From Candidatus Bathyarchaeota archaeon (GTDB lineage: Archaea > Thermoproteota > Bathyarchaeia > Bathyarchaeales > Bathycorpusculaceae), in NCBI GenBank assembly GCA_963782525.1, contig CAWAKC010000001.1:544001-608000 (forward strand): DNA of 64,000 bases, written 5' to 3'. Shown here in pieces: positions 1 through 10,308 of this stretch. Every line of letters begins with the position of its first letter. Positions within the stretch are counted from its first letter, which is position 1. Below the pieces are notes generated by a model, which was not told the DNA's origin, did no database searches, and saw only the letters and a program-made list of their open reading frames with translations. Made by a program: the position numbers and the translations under genes.

Positions 1-483
1 GAGGTTCCCACCATCCCATTCAAGCGTTTAACCTACGACCAAGTACTCGAAGACCTAAAAGCGCAGGGCATAGTGATTCCATGGGGCGAAGATATTCCAA
101 CTGAGGCTTTCAGAGTATTGGGCAAACTTTACCCACTTTTCTATTTCATAACTGACTGGCCCACACACGCCAAAGCATTCTACATTAAGCCACGAACAGA
201 CAAACCAGAAATTTGTGAAGGCTTCGATTTGATGTGGCGCTACATCGAGTTGGTTTCAGGCGGCGAACGAATTGCCCAAAAAGACCAACTCGTTCAACGA
301 CTACAAGAAAAAGGTCTCAACCCTGAATCGTTCAAGTGCCATCTTCAAGCCTACGATTACGGTATGCCACCTCACGCGGGATGGGGTCTGGGACTTGAGC
401 GGTTAACCATGATTTTAACCGGAAACAAGAACATCAGAGAAGTAACCTTGTACCCAAGGGACAGGGTTAGATTAACACCCTAA
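1..483 (+). CDS. aspS: Aspartyl-tRNA synthetase, C-terminal part (gene begins before the window)
   Basis: Frame open from base 1 (EVPTIPFKRLTY...). Class IIb motif 3 GMPPHAGWGLGLERL and terminal YPRDRVRLTP. Confidence 0.9.
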   Translation, partial: EVPTIPFKRLTYDQVLEDLKAQGIVIPWGEDIPTEAFRVLGKLYPLFYFITDWPTHAKAFYIKPRTDKPEICEGFDLMWRYIELVSGGERIAQKDQLVQRLQEKGLNPESFKCHLQAYDYGMPPHAGWGLGLERLTMILTGNKNIREVTLYPRDRVRLTP

Positions 484-718
484 GACCTCTGCATAACCGC
501 AGCCACTTATTTTCCTTTATTTTCAACATGTTGTTGGCTTGAAAAATCGTAAGTACAATCTACTCCTCTTAGGAAGAGCCCCCTCTATCATTTCTGAATA
601 AAACAAGCAATTGGGACCGTAATAGTCTCGTAAAAACAGGGCCGCATTTTTTTAAAACCGCAACCGTTTAATAACAATACAATTAGAATTCTAACTACAC
701 AATTAAGAGGGCATTCTT

Positions 719-1762
719 GTGTCCATAAACGAAAACTTAGAAAAACTTTCAAACGCCTGCGGAGTCACAGGCAGAGAAAACGAAGTCAAAGACCTAATGA
801 TTCAACTCCTCAAACCGTACGCTGACGAAATCCAAGTAGATAAAATGGAAAATGTCATAGCCATCAAAAAAGGTAAAGCCAAAGCACCCAAAATCATGTT
901 GGCAGCACACATGGACGAGGTTGGCTTGATGGTAAAAACCATCACAAAAGACGGTTTTCTGCAATTCTCAAAGATGGGCGGCATAGACGATCGCATCCTC
1001 CCGGCACAAAAAGTAGCCGTATACACAAAAAAAGGCATTTACCCAGGCATAATCGGTTCTAAACCGCCGCACATACAAAAAGAGGAGGAACGCAAAAAAA
1101 TCTTAACATACGACGATCTCTTCATCGATGTCGGCGCAGAAAACAAAGAAGACGCTGCAGCCATGGGCGTAGCAATCGGCGACCCAGTAGCCTTCGACGT
1201 AAAATACGTTAAACTAGGCAAAGACGCCGTAATCGGGAAAGCCTTCGACAATCGAGCAGGATGCATAACGATGGTTGAATCTCTCAAACGCCTCAAAAAA
1301 ACCGAGTGCACCGTCTGTGCCGTCGGGACTGTACAAGAAGAAGTTGGGTTACGAGGAGCAGCTACTGCAGCGTTTGGTGTTGACCCAGACCTCGCCATAG
1401 CCTTAGATGTCACAATCGCAGGCGATGTTCCAGGCGTAAGAGAATTCGACACTACCGTAAAGATGGGTAAAGGACCAGCCTTAACGATTTCTGACTCAGG
1501 ATTGATTACTCATCCAAAAGTTTTACGTTGGCTAATAGAAACGGCGGAAGAAGAAAAAATTCCGTTCCAGATTGAATCTGGTTTACTGGGTAGCACAGAC
1601 GCAGCAAGAATTTCCATGACACGCCAAGGAATCCCAAGCGGAAATATTTCAATAGCCACACGCTACATCCATAGCCCAGTCGGCATGCTTAGTATTAAAG
1701 ACATCGAAAACGGAGCGAAACTAACAGCTGCAGCAATCCAGAAAGCTACAAAATACTTTTAG
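719..1762 (+). CDS. M42 family (TET-like) aminopeptidase
   Basis: AAHMDEVG, KAFDNRAG, VQEEVGLRGA, DVT and RYIHSP metal-ligand motifs. Confidence 0.92.
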   Translation: MSINENLEKLSNACGVTGRENEVKDLMIQLLKPYADEIQVDKMENVIAIKKGKAKAPKIMLAAHMDEVGLMVKTITKDGFLQFSKMGGIDDRILPAQKVAVYTKKGIYPGIIGSKPPHIQKEEERKKILTYDDLFIDVGAENKEDAAAMGVAIGDPVAFDVKYVKLGKDAVIGKAFDNRAGCITMVESLKRLKKTECTVCAVGTVQEEVGLRGAATAAFGVDPDLAIALDVTIAGDVPGVREFDTTVKMGKGPALTISDSGLITHPKVLRWLIETAEEEKIPFQIESGLLGSTDAARISMTRQGIPSGNISIATRYIHSPVGMLSIKDIENGAKLTAAAIQKATKYF

Positions 1763-1823
1763 TCCCAATTGTTTGCACAATTGTTTTAATTCTTCTCCCT
1801 TCTATCTTTAATGTTGATTTGGC

Positions 1824-2273
1824 ATGAGCAAACCTGACAAATTCGCTGGAAAATTTGATTTTTTGGAGCATACAGCAGACGTCTACGTTAGAGCACACGG
1901 GAAAACCATGGAGGAAGCCTACGAAAACGCCGCCCTGTCAATGTTTGAAACTATCACTGATACAGACAAAATTGCCCCTACTCAGGAAGATAGTCTTGAA
2001 GTTGAAGCCGAAGACCAATACGCTTTGCTCTATAATTGGTTAGAAGCGTTGCTTGTAAAATCTGAAACGTTGGACATGCTTTATTCAAAATTTCAAATAA
2101 TCGGCTGGAAAGAAACAGCAGAAAAATTTATGTTCAAAGCGAAAATTTGGGGAGAAAAATTTAACCCCCAAAAACACCCGCAGAAGGTCGCGGTTAAAGC
2201 AGTAACCTACCACCGAATGGTAATTATCCGTGAGATGGACCGGGTGATTTTGGAGTTTATTCTCGACATCTAA
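1824..2273 (+). CDS. Archease (RtcB cofactor)
   Basis: FLEHTADV N-terminus, VKAVTYH and terminal ILDI. rtcB lies nearby. Confidence 0.93.
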   Translation: MSKPDKFAGKFDFLEHTADVYVRAHGKTMEEAYENAALSMFETITDTDKIAPTQEDSLEVEAEDQYALLYNWLEALLVKSETLDMLYSKFQIIGWKETAEKFMFKAKIWGEKFNPQKHPQKVAVKAVTYHRMVIIREMDRVILEFILDI

Positions 2274-2935
2274 GCGAGCTTTAGCTTCTTTAGTTCGGAG
2301 AACAGTTTTTCAACCATGGGTTCTGGCGGTTGGTCGAGGGTTTTTGTTTCAAGCTCTATGAATGGAACTTTCTTTTCCTGGTAGAACGCTATCAGCGGAG
2401 TTGTTTGCTCTTCGTAGACTTTAAGTCTGTTCTTTACGGTTTCAGGGTTGTCATCTGAGCGCTGGTAGAGGGGGCCACCGCATTTGTCGCAGACACCTTC
2501 CACTTTGGGCTTTAGGAATTTCACGTTGTAGACCGTTCCGCAGTTTTTACAGATTCTGCGTGTGGATAAGCGTTCGATGATTATCCAGTCGGGAACGTCT
2601 AGCTGCATGATGACGTCGATTGGTGTTATGATATCGAGTTTCTTTGCTTGGTCAAGCGTGCGTGGGTAACCGTCGAGGATGAAGCCTTTTCCCTTAGAAA
2701 TCTTGGACAGATGCTGCTTTAACACTTCAACGACAACGTCGTCTGGGACTAACGCACCTTTTTCCATGTAACTCTTAACTTTCCGGGCAAGATCGGAGTT
2801 TTCCTTGATTAATTCACGGAAAATATCTCCCATAGAAATAACGTCAACGCCAAGTTTAGCCTGAAGCCGAGAGGCGTAAGTGCCTTTTCCTGCGCCTGGA
2901 GCCCCAAAGATAATCGCTTTCAACAAAGATTTCAC
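2270..2935 (-). CDS. adk: Adenylate kinase with zinc LID
   Basis: GAPGAGKGT P-loop, GFILDGYPRT, CKNC...CDKC LID and QRSDD. Confidence 0.93.
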   Translation of the reverse strand: MKSLLKAIIFGAPGAGKGTYASRLQAKLGVDVISMGDIFRELIKENSDLARKVKSYMEKGALVPDDVVVEVLKQHLSKISKGKGFILDGYPRTLDQAKKLDIITPIDVIMQLDVPDWIIIERLSTRRICKNCGTVYNVKFLKPKVEGVCDKCGGPLYQRSDDNPETVKNRLKVYEEQTTPLIAFYQEKKVPFIELETKTLDQPPEPMVEKLFSELKKLKLA

Positions 2936-2975
2936 CTGTGTCTCTTCTGATACAAGCGCAATCTATAATTAAATT

Positions 2976-3959
2976 TTGTGCCTGCCCGATTTTCAAGGAA
3001 ATATTTATGCTACAATCTTTAAACAAGAATGTGTAAAGGTGCAAGGTTTGAATACCAAAGAAATCGGGAAAAATCTTTTCATGGTTGATCTGGAAACGGG
3101 AGGTTTCAAAAACCTAATTTGTAGCTACATTATATTGGGTAAAAAACCCTTTTTGGTCGAGGCAGGTCCAACAAATTCAATCCCAAACCTGCTTACTGGA
3201 TTGAAGGAGCTTGACGTGAAATTTGAGGATGTAGAGTACGTTGCTGTGACGCACGTGCACTTAGACCACGGCGGTGGGGTGGGCACGTTGCTGAAGTCTT
3301 TGCCAAACGCAAAAGTCATAGTTCATCCTCGGGGCATGCCGCACCTCGTCGACCCCCAGCGCCTTTGGCTCTCTGCTCAGACAGTTTTGGGGTTTGTCAG
3401 CGAAATCTTCGGCAAACCAGAACCAGCCCCAAAAGACCGAGTAATCCCGATGACTGAAGGCTCTTTTGACTTAGGCTTTGGAGCAAAATTGTCGGTTACA
3501 GAAACGGTTGGGCACGCTTCACACAACCTGAGTTTCCAAGAAACCTTCAATGGCGGCGTTTTCCCTGGCGACGCTGCAGGCACTTATCTCCCAGAGTTCG
3601 ACGTAGTAGTTCCGACCACGCCTCCCCCGTTCTATCTGGATTCAGCCTTGGCGTCTCTGGATAAACTCGTCAGTCTAAACCCAACTGTGCTTTACTTTAG
3701 CCATTTTGGAAAAGCCACTTACGCAGTACAGAGGCTCAAGGACTATAAGATTCAACTTCAGCTTTGGGCAGACATAGCTGAGGATGGCGTTAAGAAGAAT
3801 CAGAGTTTAGAGGAAATTCGCGACCGCATAGTTGCCGAAGACAAAGTAATGAACCGAATTGTTGGTTTCGTAAAAGCGCATCGAATCTACTCTAAAACCA
3901 TGCTGGAAAATTGTGTCTTGGGCTTTATCGGATACGCCAAACAAAAGCAGATCTCATAA
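2976..3959 (+). CDS. Metallo-beta-lactamase fold hydrolase (start probably GTG at 3039)
   Basis: THVHLDHGGG, GHASH, GDAAG and FSHFG motifs. Confidence 0.88.
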   Translation: MCLPDFQGNIYATIFKQECVKVQGLNTKEIGKNLFMVDLETGGFKNLICSYIILGKKPFLVEAGPTNSIPNLLTGLKELDVKFEDVEYVAVTHVHLDHGGGVGTLLKSLPNAKVIVHPRGMPHLVDPQRLWLSAQTVLGFVSEIFGKPEPAPKDRVIPMTEGSFDLGFGAKLSVTETVGHASHNLSFQETFNGGVFPGDAAGTYLPEFDVVVPTTPPPFYLDSALASLDKLVSLNPTVLYFSHFGKATYAVQRLKDYKIQLQLWADIAEDGVKKNQSLEEIRDRIVAEDKVMNRIVGFVKAHRIYSKTMLENCVLGFIGYAKQKQIS

Positions 3960-3983
3960 ACGTTTTATAGTCTCATCCATCTT

Positions 3984-5477
3984 TTGTGTTCAACGGTGAA
4001 AGTTTTGGGTGAAAGTAGAGCGGCTTCCGAGCGAGTTCCGTTAGAGAAAGTTAACGATTACATGTGGCAGATTCCCAAGTACAAGCCTGAGATGCGTGTT
4101 CCAGGCATGGTTTTTGCTAACCAAGCTCTTCTTGAGAAAATGCAGACAGACCGCACGCTTTGGCAATGTTCAAACGTGGCTCAGTTGCCTGGCATCTACA
4201 AACATGCAATTACGCTTCCAGATGGACATGAAGGATATGGCTTTCCAATAGGCGGCGTTGCAGCAACAGACTATGAAAACGGAGTAATCAGCCCCGGCGG
4301 CGTCGGCTACGACATTAACTGTGGCGTTCGCCTGCTGTCAACAACTCTTACAGAAAAGGATGTTCGACCCAAACTCGCGCCCTTAGCCGAAACTATCTTC
4401 CGAAACGTCCCATCTGGACTGGGAAGCCATAGAAAAGACCTCACCATCTCCAGCCGCGACCTTGAGAAGCTGGCGACTGAGGGAGTGCAATGGCTCATTG
4501 ACCGGGGATTAGGATGGGCAGAAGACGCAAAGCACTGCGAAGAAAATGGGCATATGGCTAACGCTAATCCAGACAAGGTTTCAAACACCGCTAAAAGTCG
4601 AGGATTAACTCAAATCGGCACGTTGGGCTCAGGTAATCATTTTTTGGAAATCCAGAAAGTCGACAAAATCTTTAATGTGAAAACTGCTAAAGCCTTCGGG
4701 ATTACGCATGAGGGTCAAGTTACGATTATGATTCATTGCGGTTCAAGGGGGTATGGTCACCAAGTCTGCTCCGACTATCTCCGCGTTATGGAGCATGCGG
4801 TGCAAAAATACAAAATCTCCCTGCCCGACCGAGAATTAGCCTGCGCCCCCGGAAACAGCAGTGAAGCCAAAGATTACATTGAAGCGATGGCTTGCGCCGT
4901 CAACTACGCTTTTTGTAATCGGCAGGCGATTATGCATTGGGTTCGCCAGAGTTTCCAGCAGGTTTACGGTCAGGACCCAGAGAAATTCGGCTTGAACCTC
5001 GTCTACGATGTTGCCCACAACATCGCTAAAGTCGAAACCCACAACATCGATGGCGTCCAAAAGAAGGTTTGGGTTCACCGTAAAGGAGCCACACGTGCTT
5101 TCCCAGCGGGTCACCCCGACGTTCCCGACGATTACCGCAGCGAAGGACAACCGGTTCTAATTCCAGGCAGCATGGGCACGAGCTCTTGGGTATTGGTGGG
5201 TTCGCAGAAGGCGATGGATCTAACTTTCGGTTCCACAGCTCATGGTGCAGGCAGGATGATGAGTCGCTCAGCAGCTAAGCGGCAGTACTGGGGTAACGAC
5301 ATAAAGAATAGTCTGGAGAAGCGGGGCATTGTGGTTCGCGCCGCGAGTGCATCGGTATTAGCTGAGGAAGCTGACCCAGCCTACAAGAACGTGGACGTAG
5401 TTGCTGATGTCAGCGATAAAGTCGGGATTGCAACTAAAGTCGCTCGGTTAGTTCCGTTGGCGGTCGTGAAGGGCTAA
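3984..5477 (+). CDS. rtcB: RNA ligase RtcB (tRNA-splicing ligase; start probably TTG at 4005)
   Basis: LPDGHEGYGFPIGG, VGYDINCG, GSGNHF, HNIAK, HRKGAT and HGAGR. Confidence 0.96.
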   Translation: MCSTVKVLGESRAASERVPLEKVNDYMWQIPKYKPEMRVPGMVFANQALLEKMQTDRTLWQCSNVAQLPGIYKHAITLPDGHEGYGFPIGGVAATDYENGVISPGGVGYDINCGVRLLSTTLTEKDVRPKLAPLAETIFRNVPSGLGSHRKDLTISSRDLEKLATEGVQWLIDRGLGWAEDAKHCEENGHMANANPDKVSNTAKSRGLTQIGTLGSGNHFLEIQKVDKIFNVKTAKAFGITHEGQVTIMIHCGSRGYGHQVCSDYLRVMEHAVQKYKISLPDRELACAPGNSSEAKDYIEAMACAVNYAFCNRQAIMHWVRQSFQQVYGQDPEKFGLNLVYDVAHNIAKVETHNIDGVQKKVWVHRKGATRAFPAGHPDVPDDYRSEGQPVLIPGSMGTSSWVLVGSQKAMDLTFGSTAHGAGRMMSRSAAKRQYWGNDIKNSLEKRGIVVRAASASVLAEEADPAYKNVDVVADVSDKVGIATKVARLVPLAVVKG

Positions 5478-5594
5478 GCCCATTGTTTTGTTAATGGGAA
5501 TGATGTTTTGGGCTTTCTGCTCCTTTTTCTTGTTTTTGTTGGGTTTGATTTGGGTAATCGTATATTTACGGCAAATCAAAGTCAGTAGAAAACA

Positions 5595-7157
5595 GTGAAT
5601 TGCAAGCAGGAACGGCGTTTGGGAAAGAATCAAATTAGGCTAAGGTACAGCGGGTTCGTAGTTTTCACAACCCAGTTGCTAGGCGTCATTACTGGCCTAA
5701 TTTTTACGCTCCTCCTCACCCGTAGCATGACTGCCCAACAGTTTGGTATATGGACAAACATCTTCGATTACATCCCCTACTTCATACTATTCAGCGGCAT
5801 CCTACCATTTTGGGTCACAAGGTTTACTGCAAGAAAGAAAGCGGGAACCGTAAAAACCAGCGTTTTCGGCGAATTAACAATTGCCCTGGCATCCATGATA
5901 GTCTATCTGCCTGCGATTTTCTTGATTTCAAACGCCATCGGAACCACCGCCTACCTGCCCATCTATCTTATCGCAGGTCTCTCAATCTTGACCTCATATA
6001 TGGTTATTATATTTGAGTCAATTCTACAAGCCACCGAACCACAAGCAACTGGCTACGGTTTTATCATCCAAGAAATAGTCAAAGTCGCCGTAGCTTTAAT
6101 TGTAATCTTAGTTTTTAAGCAAATCTTTCTCGGCGCGATATTAGCGTTGGTCCTTGCTCCAGCCGTGCAAGTCCTTTATTATGGTTATCTCTTGTCTGAT
6201 TACTTGAAGGAAAAAGCAAATTGGGGCTACTTAAAAGAGTGGCTTAAGGGTTCACCAGCCATCCTCTACAACGCCATCGGCGGCCAGTTGCTGTCGTTTT
6301 TCCTTATCTTGCTCTTCTTGTATGGCGGGGCAGAAGCCCGAGCATACTACCAAGCTGCCTTGAGCTTTACCACCATAGTGGGGTATGCTTCATCACTAGC
6401 AGTCGCGGTTTATCCGAAACTTTTAGCTAACTCTTGCTCAGAAGAAGAGGTTGGCGTGTCCTTTAGGACAGTTTTGATGTTGGCAATCCCACTTGCTACC
6501 CTAACGATGATTATGGCTGCCTCGTTTTTGACTGTCCTAAACATATCCTATACCGTTGCTTGGCCTGTCTTGGTTGCTTTAACGGTTGATACATTAATCG
6601 TTTTAGTATACAATTTCCATTCTTCTTGTCTTATGGGTGTAGAAGCCTTCGACGCTGAAGGAAGAATTTCCCTACGTAAACTCGTCAAGAGCAAAATCTT
6701 CAAACTATTCAGCATTCCCTACATTCAAGCTGCAGTCGTGCTGCCCGTAACCTATTATGTTCTAACTCAATTTCCACTAGCTAATCCTGTGGAGGCAACA
6801 GTTGGAGTAGTGGCAATACTCATCGGTGTCCATCTTGGAACCTTCATCGGACTAAAAATCTTCATGCGAAACATAATACACATACCGATCGCTTGGAAAA
6901 GCATAACCAAATACGTTCTAGCTGCTTTACTGATGGCTATTGTTCTCTACCTTATTCCAGCCACAACAACACTGTTAACGACAATTTCTAAAACGGTCGT
7001 GGGCTTTGCGCTCTACGTGGGCCTATTGTTGCTAATCGATGCACAAGCTAGGGGTCTTTTACTGTTGATTTGGAAAGAAATTTCTGTCACCCTAAAACAG
7101 TTAATCCATCGGGCAGACGTCTTAGGCGAACCCAGTTTCGGAACAAGTGAAAATTAA
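5595..7157 (+). CDS. Multi-pass membrane protein, MOP/Wzx flippase-like
   Basis: About 14 hydrophobic segments. The LLLTRSMTAQQFGIW N-terminus is typical of polysaccharide exporters. Confidence 0.65.
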   Translation: MNCKQERRLGKNQIRLRYSGFVVFTTQLLGVITGLIFTLLLTRSMTAQQFGIWTNIFDYIPYFILFSGILPFWVTRFTARKKAGTVKTSVFGELTIALASMIVYLPAIFLISNAIGTTAYLPIYLIAGLSILTSYMVIIFESILQATEPQATGYGFIIQEIVKVAVALIVILVFKQIFLGAILALVLAPAVQVLYYGYLLSDYLKEKANWGYLKEWLKGSPAILYNAIGGQLLSFFLILLFLYGGAEARAYYQAALSFTTIVGYASSLAVAVYPKLLANSCSEEEVGVSFRTVLMLAIPLATLTMIMAASFLTVLNISYTVAWPVLVALTVDTLIVLVYNFHSSCLMGVEAFDAEGRISLRKLVKSKIFKLFSIPYIQAAVVLPVTYYVLTQFPLANPVEATVGVVAILIGVHLGTFIGLKIFMRNIIHIPIAWKSITKYVLAALLMAIVLYLIPATTTLLTTISKTVVGFALYVGLLLLIDAQARGLLLLIWKEISVTLKQLIHRADVLGEPSFGTSEN

Positions 7158-7207
7158 TATGTTTAAAAGTACACGCTTAGGTTAAGTGGTTTTAGGTTGA
7201 TTTAGCT

Positions 7208-7864
7208 TTGAAAGATGAATGTGGAATATGCGGGAGAGTTATGCGCACGACGTACATGCGGCAATGTCAACGCTGTAAGAAACTGTTCTGCCGGGACTGC
7301 ATGACACCCGACGTAGCTACAGGCGACCCAATGGCGATGCTTTGTCTACACTGCGCAAGACGAGTAGTTTCGCCCCAAACTGTCTTCAAGTACGCTGGAC
7401 TTGAAGGTCACTTAAAGTTTAGAGCCGCCTTCACAGATACCGTTAAGCTCACATTTGCACGCATTGATGGGTTAATCGGCGCCAACCTTCCGATGGCTGC
7501 TTACCGCGATATTGCCTGGTGGAGCAACACGTCTGCGAGTGCTCATGCGAAGGCTTGGCTGAATGCAGGCTGGGAAGTGCATGAGGTTAACTTCAAAGAA
7601 GGGTACGCAGTTTTTAAAAAAGTCAGGAAGGTAGCATTCAAGAAATCCAAGAAAAAACTCGAGATTACCCAGCCTTTTACCCCCGTGCCCGTGCATAAGC
7701 CAAGATCAAAGATTCCGTCGAATACAAAAGTTTCCAAACTCTATGCAAGAATCAAGAACCTCGAGCGGCAAAGAGCCATGCCCCGCCAGCCGTTGAGAGG
7801 TCTCAAATTCAAGTCTTCGCAGTATCAGAAACGGCTTTATAAAAACGATGAAAAACCACAATAG
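7208..7864 (+). CDS. Cys-rich zinc finger fused to an LTF..I..LIG..LP...WWSN...AWL.AGW domain, with basic tail
   Basis: Four CxxC pairs in the first ~50 aa, a Trp-rich middle domain and a K/R-rich C-terminus. Confidence 0.7.
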   Translation: MKDECGICGRVMRTTYMRQCQRCKKLFCRDCMTPDVATGDPMAMLCLHCARRVVSPQTVFKYAGLEGHLKFRAAFTDTVKLTFARIDGLIGANLPMAAYRDIAWWSNTSASAHAKAWLNAGWEVHEVNFKEGYAVFKKVRKVAFKKSKKKLEITQPFTPVPVHKPRSKIPSNTKVSKLYARIKNLERQRAMPRQPLRGLKFKSSQYQKRLYKNDEKPQ

Positions 7865-7896
7865 CATCCTTTTGCATATGGGTTTGCGGTGTCCTT

Positions 7897-8424
7897 TTGC
7901 TTGAGCGAGTGGTTAACTTAAAAATCGAAGAAGCTTATCCAAAATTTAAAGATGCTTTAACCGCTAAGGGGTGCAAAGTTATTTCTGAAGAGACACCGAA
8001 TCAAATTTATTTTAAACAGGGTTCACTTTGGGGGATATCTCCAAAAACAGCAAAAAAAACTATTAGTATACACTTAGAACAACATGGCGAGGAAACACGC
8101 ATAAAATTTTCGTCTAAACTGTCGTCTGACTGGAAAAATATTACCATAGTCGGCTGCGGGTTTGCCGCGGTTCTTGTGGGCTTATGCATTTGGATGGCTA
8201 CGGATTTAAGCGCGTTCATTGCAACTAATGTGGCTGGTTTTTGGGGGTGGCTTGTCATGGTTAATGGCAGCGTTGATTTGGCGGCAGCTCAAGCATTCGT
8301 CCGTTTGACGTGGGGGTTAGCTGGCTTTCTCACTTTTATAATTGTGTTGGAAGCCGCCATCGTGGTTTATGCGCAATCCAAAATTGACTCCTTCGGTGAA
8401 GAAGCACTCAAGGAAATTTGCTAG
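7897..8424 (+). CDS. Hypothetical membrane protein
   Basis: Soluble N-terminal domain followed by two to three hydrophobic segments. Confidence 0.65.
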   Translation: MLERVVNLKIEEAYPKFKDALTAKGCKVISEETPNQIYFKQGSLWGISPKTAKKTISIHLEQHGEETRIKFSSKLSSDWKNITIVGCGFAAVLVGLCIWMATDLSAFIATNVAGFWGWLVMVNGSVDLAAAQAFVRLTWGLAGFLTFIIVLEAAIVVYAQSKIDSFGEEALKEIC

Positions 8425-8428
8425 GTTG

Positions 8429-9598
8429 TTATCCTATTTGTTTGCCGCATTTCTCACAATACACAGCGTACACTTTGTTGTTTGAACCACAAAAGATGCA
8501 GAACTTGGTATCTTCAGAAGCGGCACTATCATTTTGCGGAGCGATCGTTTCAGGAGGAGAAGCTGGTTCATTATTTTGGGATAGCTTTGGTTTTCTTACT
8601 GACCAAACAGCGAGAATCACTGAAGCGACAATTGCAAACAGAATAATTACAAAAAATACGGGGTTTTCTGCGATTAGGTTAAATGATAAAGGTAGAACTG
8701 GTTGAACGCTTGGTCCAGAGACATCGGGAGAAGCAGATGTTGTGGGATTTGGGTCTAAAGGTGCCGAAGTTGGCGTCGGTCGCAACGTTGTTATGCTTTG
8801 GGGATTAGTTAAGGATGGCTCAGTAGTCGGTGTTACCTCGATATCAGGAATGTACTGTTTGCTTAGGTCTATACCATAAACGTAAGCGGTCTTACCTTGG
8901 AACTCATCAGGCAACTGCCCAATCGTGAAACCTACTCCTGTAGTTTCAGCGTAATAGTATGTTTGATTGTTGTAAGGCCAATATGTACCGTGAAGGCCAT
9001 CTCCAAGAACTCCAACTGCCAAATGATCCGTTGGATTAATGAAAACTGCACCGTCGCCCAGGCTGAGGATCAATGTAGCGTAAAGTATGGCTTTGCAATC
9101 GCAATCTCCAGTTTGATCCACCAAAGTTTCAATCGGGAATCGTGGATACTCTTCAAACCCAGTTGTGTTAAGATCAGAGTTGTAAGTGATACTTTGGACA
9201 AAAGCTAAAACAAAGTTTGCTTGCTCGTAGGAATTGTACCCGAGTTGTGTTGTAGTTTCATTTAGCCTTTCAGCCAAATTCTGGATATAGGGATCTCTGG
9301 TTGTGGTTATCATGTCATAGCCAGCAGGTCCATCGCGTGTTCGAGTGGAGTCTGGAACAGATTTGTAAACGTTGTAGAGTTCCTGAGGAATACTAAGGTT
9401 CCAGTCCCAATGTTTCCCGTAATAATCCCACGAGAATGACCTGTCATAGTACCCGTCTGTTTGTGCAGCTACTGTATGAGAAAGCACTATAGGAGCAGAT
9501 ATGATAAGCGCCAAAAATACAATAATTAATAGTCTGATTGGTTTCTGTTTCAGCGACAGTCGACTCATCGTTACCATTTCGATGATGGTAATGTTCAT
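8429..9598 (-). CDS. Membrane-anchored transglutaminase-like protein with C-terminal zinc ribbon
   Basis: Signal/TM segment, FPIETLVDQTGDCDCKAIL, H-LAVGV, YYYAETT, T/P-rich linker, TM, CIFCG...CEKCG. Confidence 0.8.
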   Translation of the reverse strand: MNITIIEMVTMSRLSLKQKPIRLLIIVFLALIISAPIVLSHTVAAQTDGYYDRSFSWDYYGKHWDWNLSIPQELYNVYKSVPDSTRTRDGPAGYDMITTTRDPYIQNLAERLNETTTQLGYNSYEQANFVLAFVQSITYNSDLNTTGFEEYPRFPIETLVDQTGDCDCKAILYATLILSLGDGAVFINPTDHLAVGVLGDGLHGTYWPYNNQTYYYAETTGVGFTIGQLPDEFQGKTAYVYGIDLSKQYIPDIEVTPTTEPSLTNPQSITTLRPTPTSAPLDPNPTTSASPDVSGPSVQPVLPLSFNLIAENPVFFVIILFAIVASVILAVWSVRKPKLSQNNEPASPPETIAPQNDSAASEDTKFCIFCGSNNKVYAVYCEKCGKQIG

Positions 9599-9704
9599 AA
9601 TCTACCGTTTAAAACTTGTCCCAAATCATTATCCAAAGGGATTTGATGAACACAAAGACAAAGGGTTATGTATATTGCCAGTTGGAAAATAATGTTGTAG
9701 AAGA

Positions 9705-9986
9705 CTATTTTTGTTTGATTATACCATAACTCTGCTTTTTCCAAGCGTCTCTAAACTTGTTGTAGTAGTCTATGGGTTGGAAAACAGGTGCATAAGTTAA
9801 TTGCCATTCAAGCCCGCATTTACATACTGCATAGACCTGCTTGTTTTTGGTGTCTTGGCAAATCTGCAACAGTTCTTTTCGGCATTTTGGGCAATAGTAC
9901 GGTCCATTCACCATTTGTTTAGCATCTTTGGTTAGGATTTTCATGCGGCTGCCCGGAATTTTATGCCTATCCTTTCCTGAACTCAT
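9705..9986 (-). CDS. Elf1-like transcription elongation factor zinc ribbon (divergent)
   Basis: Basic N-terminus, YYCPKC...VCKCGLE, then PVFQPIDYYNKFRD, matching the Elf1 pattern. ATG at 9986. Confidence 0.6.
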   Translation of the reverse strand: MSSGKDRHKIPGSRMKILTKDAKQMVNGPYYCPKCRKELLQICQDTKNKQVYAVCKCGLEWQLTYAPVFQPIDYYNKFRDAWKKQSYGIIKQK

Positions 9987-10308
9987 CGTTTTCAACCTAA
10001 CTATCAATTAAACATGAACCATCAGCAAGATATAGTATTCCATTAAAAAACAAGAATTTTATTGATTGGTGGGAAAGCTACTTGGAACTAAGAGAGAAAA
10101 AGTAATTTTTCCAATTAAGAAACTAGTGGCGGGCGGGGTTTAACCATTATAGAAAGAGGCTTAATGTTTTGTTTTTGGAGAATACAAAATAGACTCCGCC
10201 TAGACAAATTAGAAGAATTAGAGCATATAAGGACGGCTTAGCAATTATTACTTATTTTAGATTCATAAAACTCATATTCTTTTTACAGCAAAGAAAAGAC
10301 TGATACAT

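Noticed and set aside
1824-5477. Archease + RtcB as a novel RNA repair system
   Set aside because: This is the well-known archaeal tRNA ligase pair. The intervening adk and MBL hydrolase show no evidence of a functional link.
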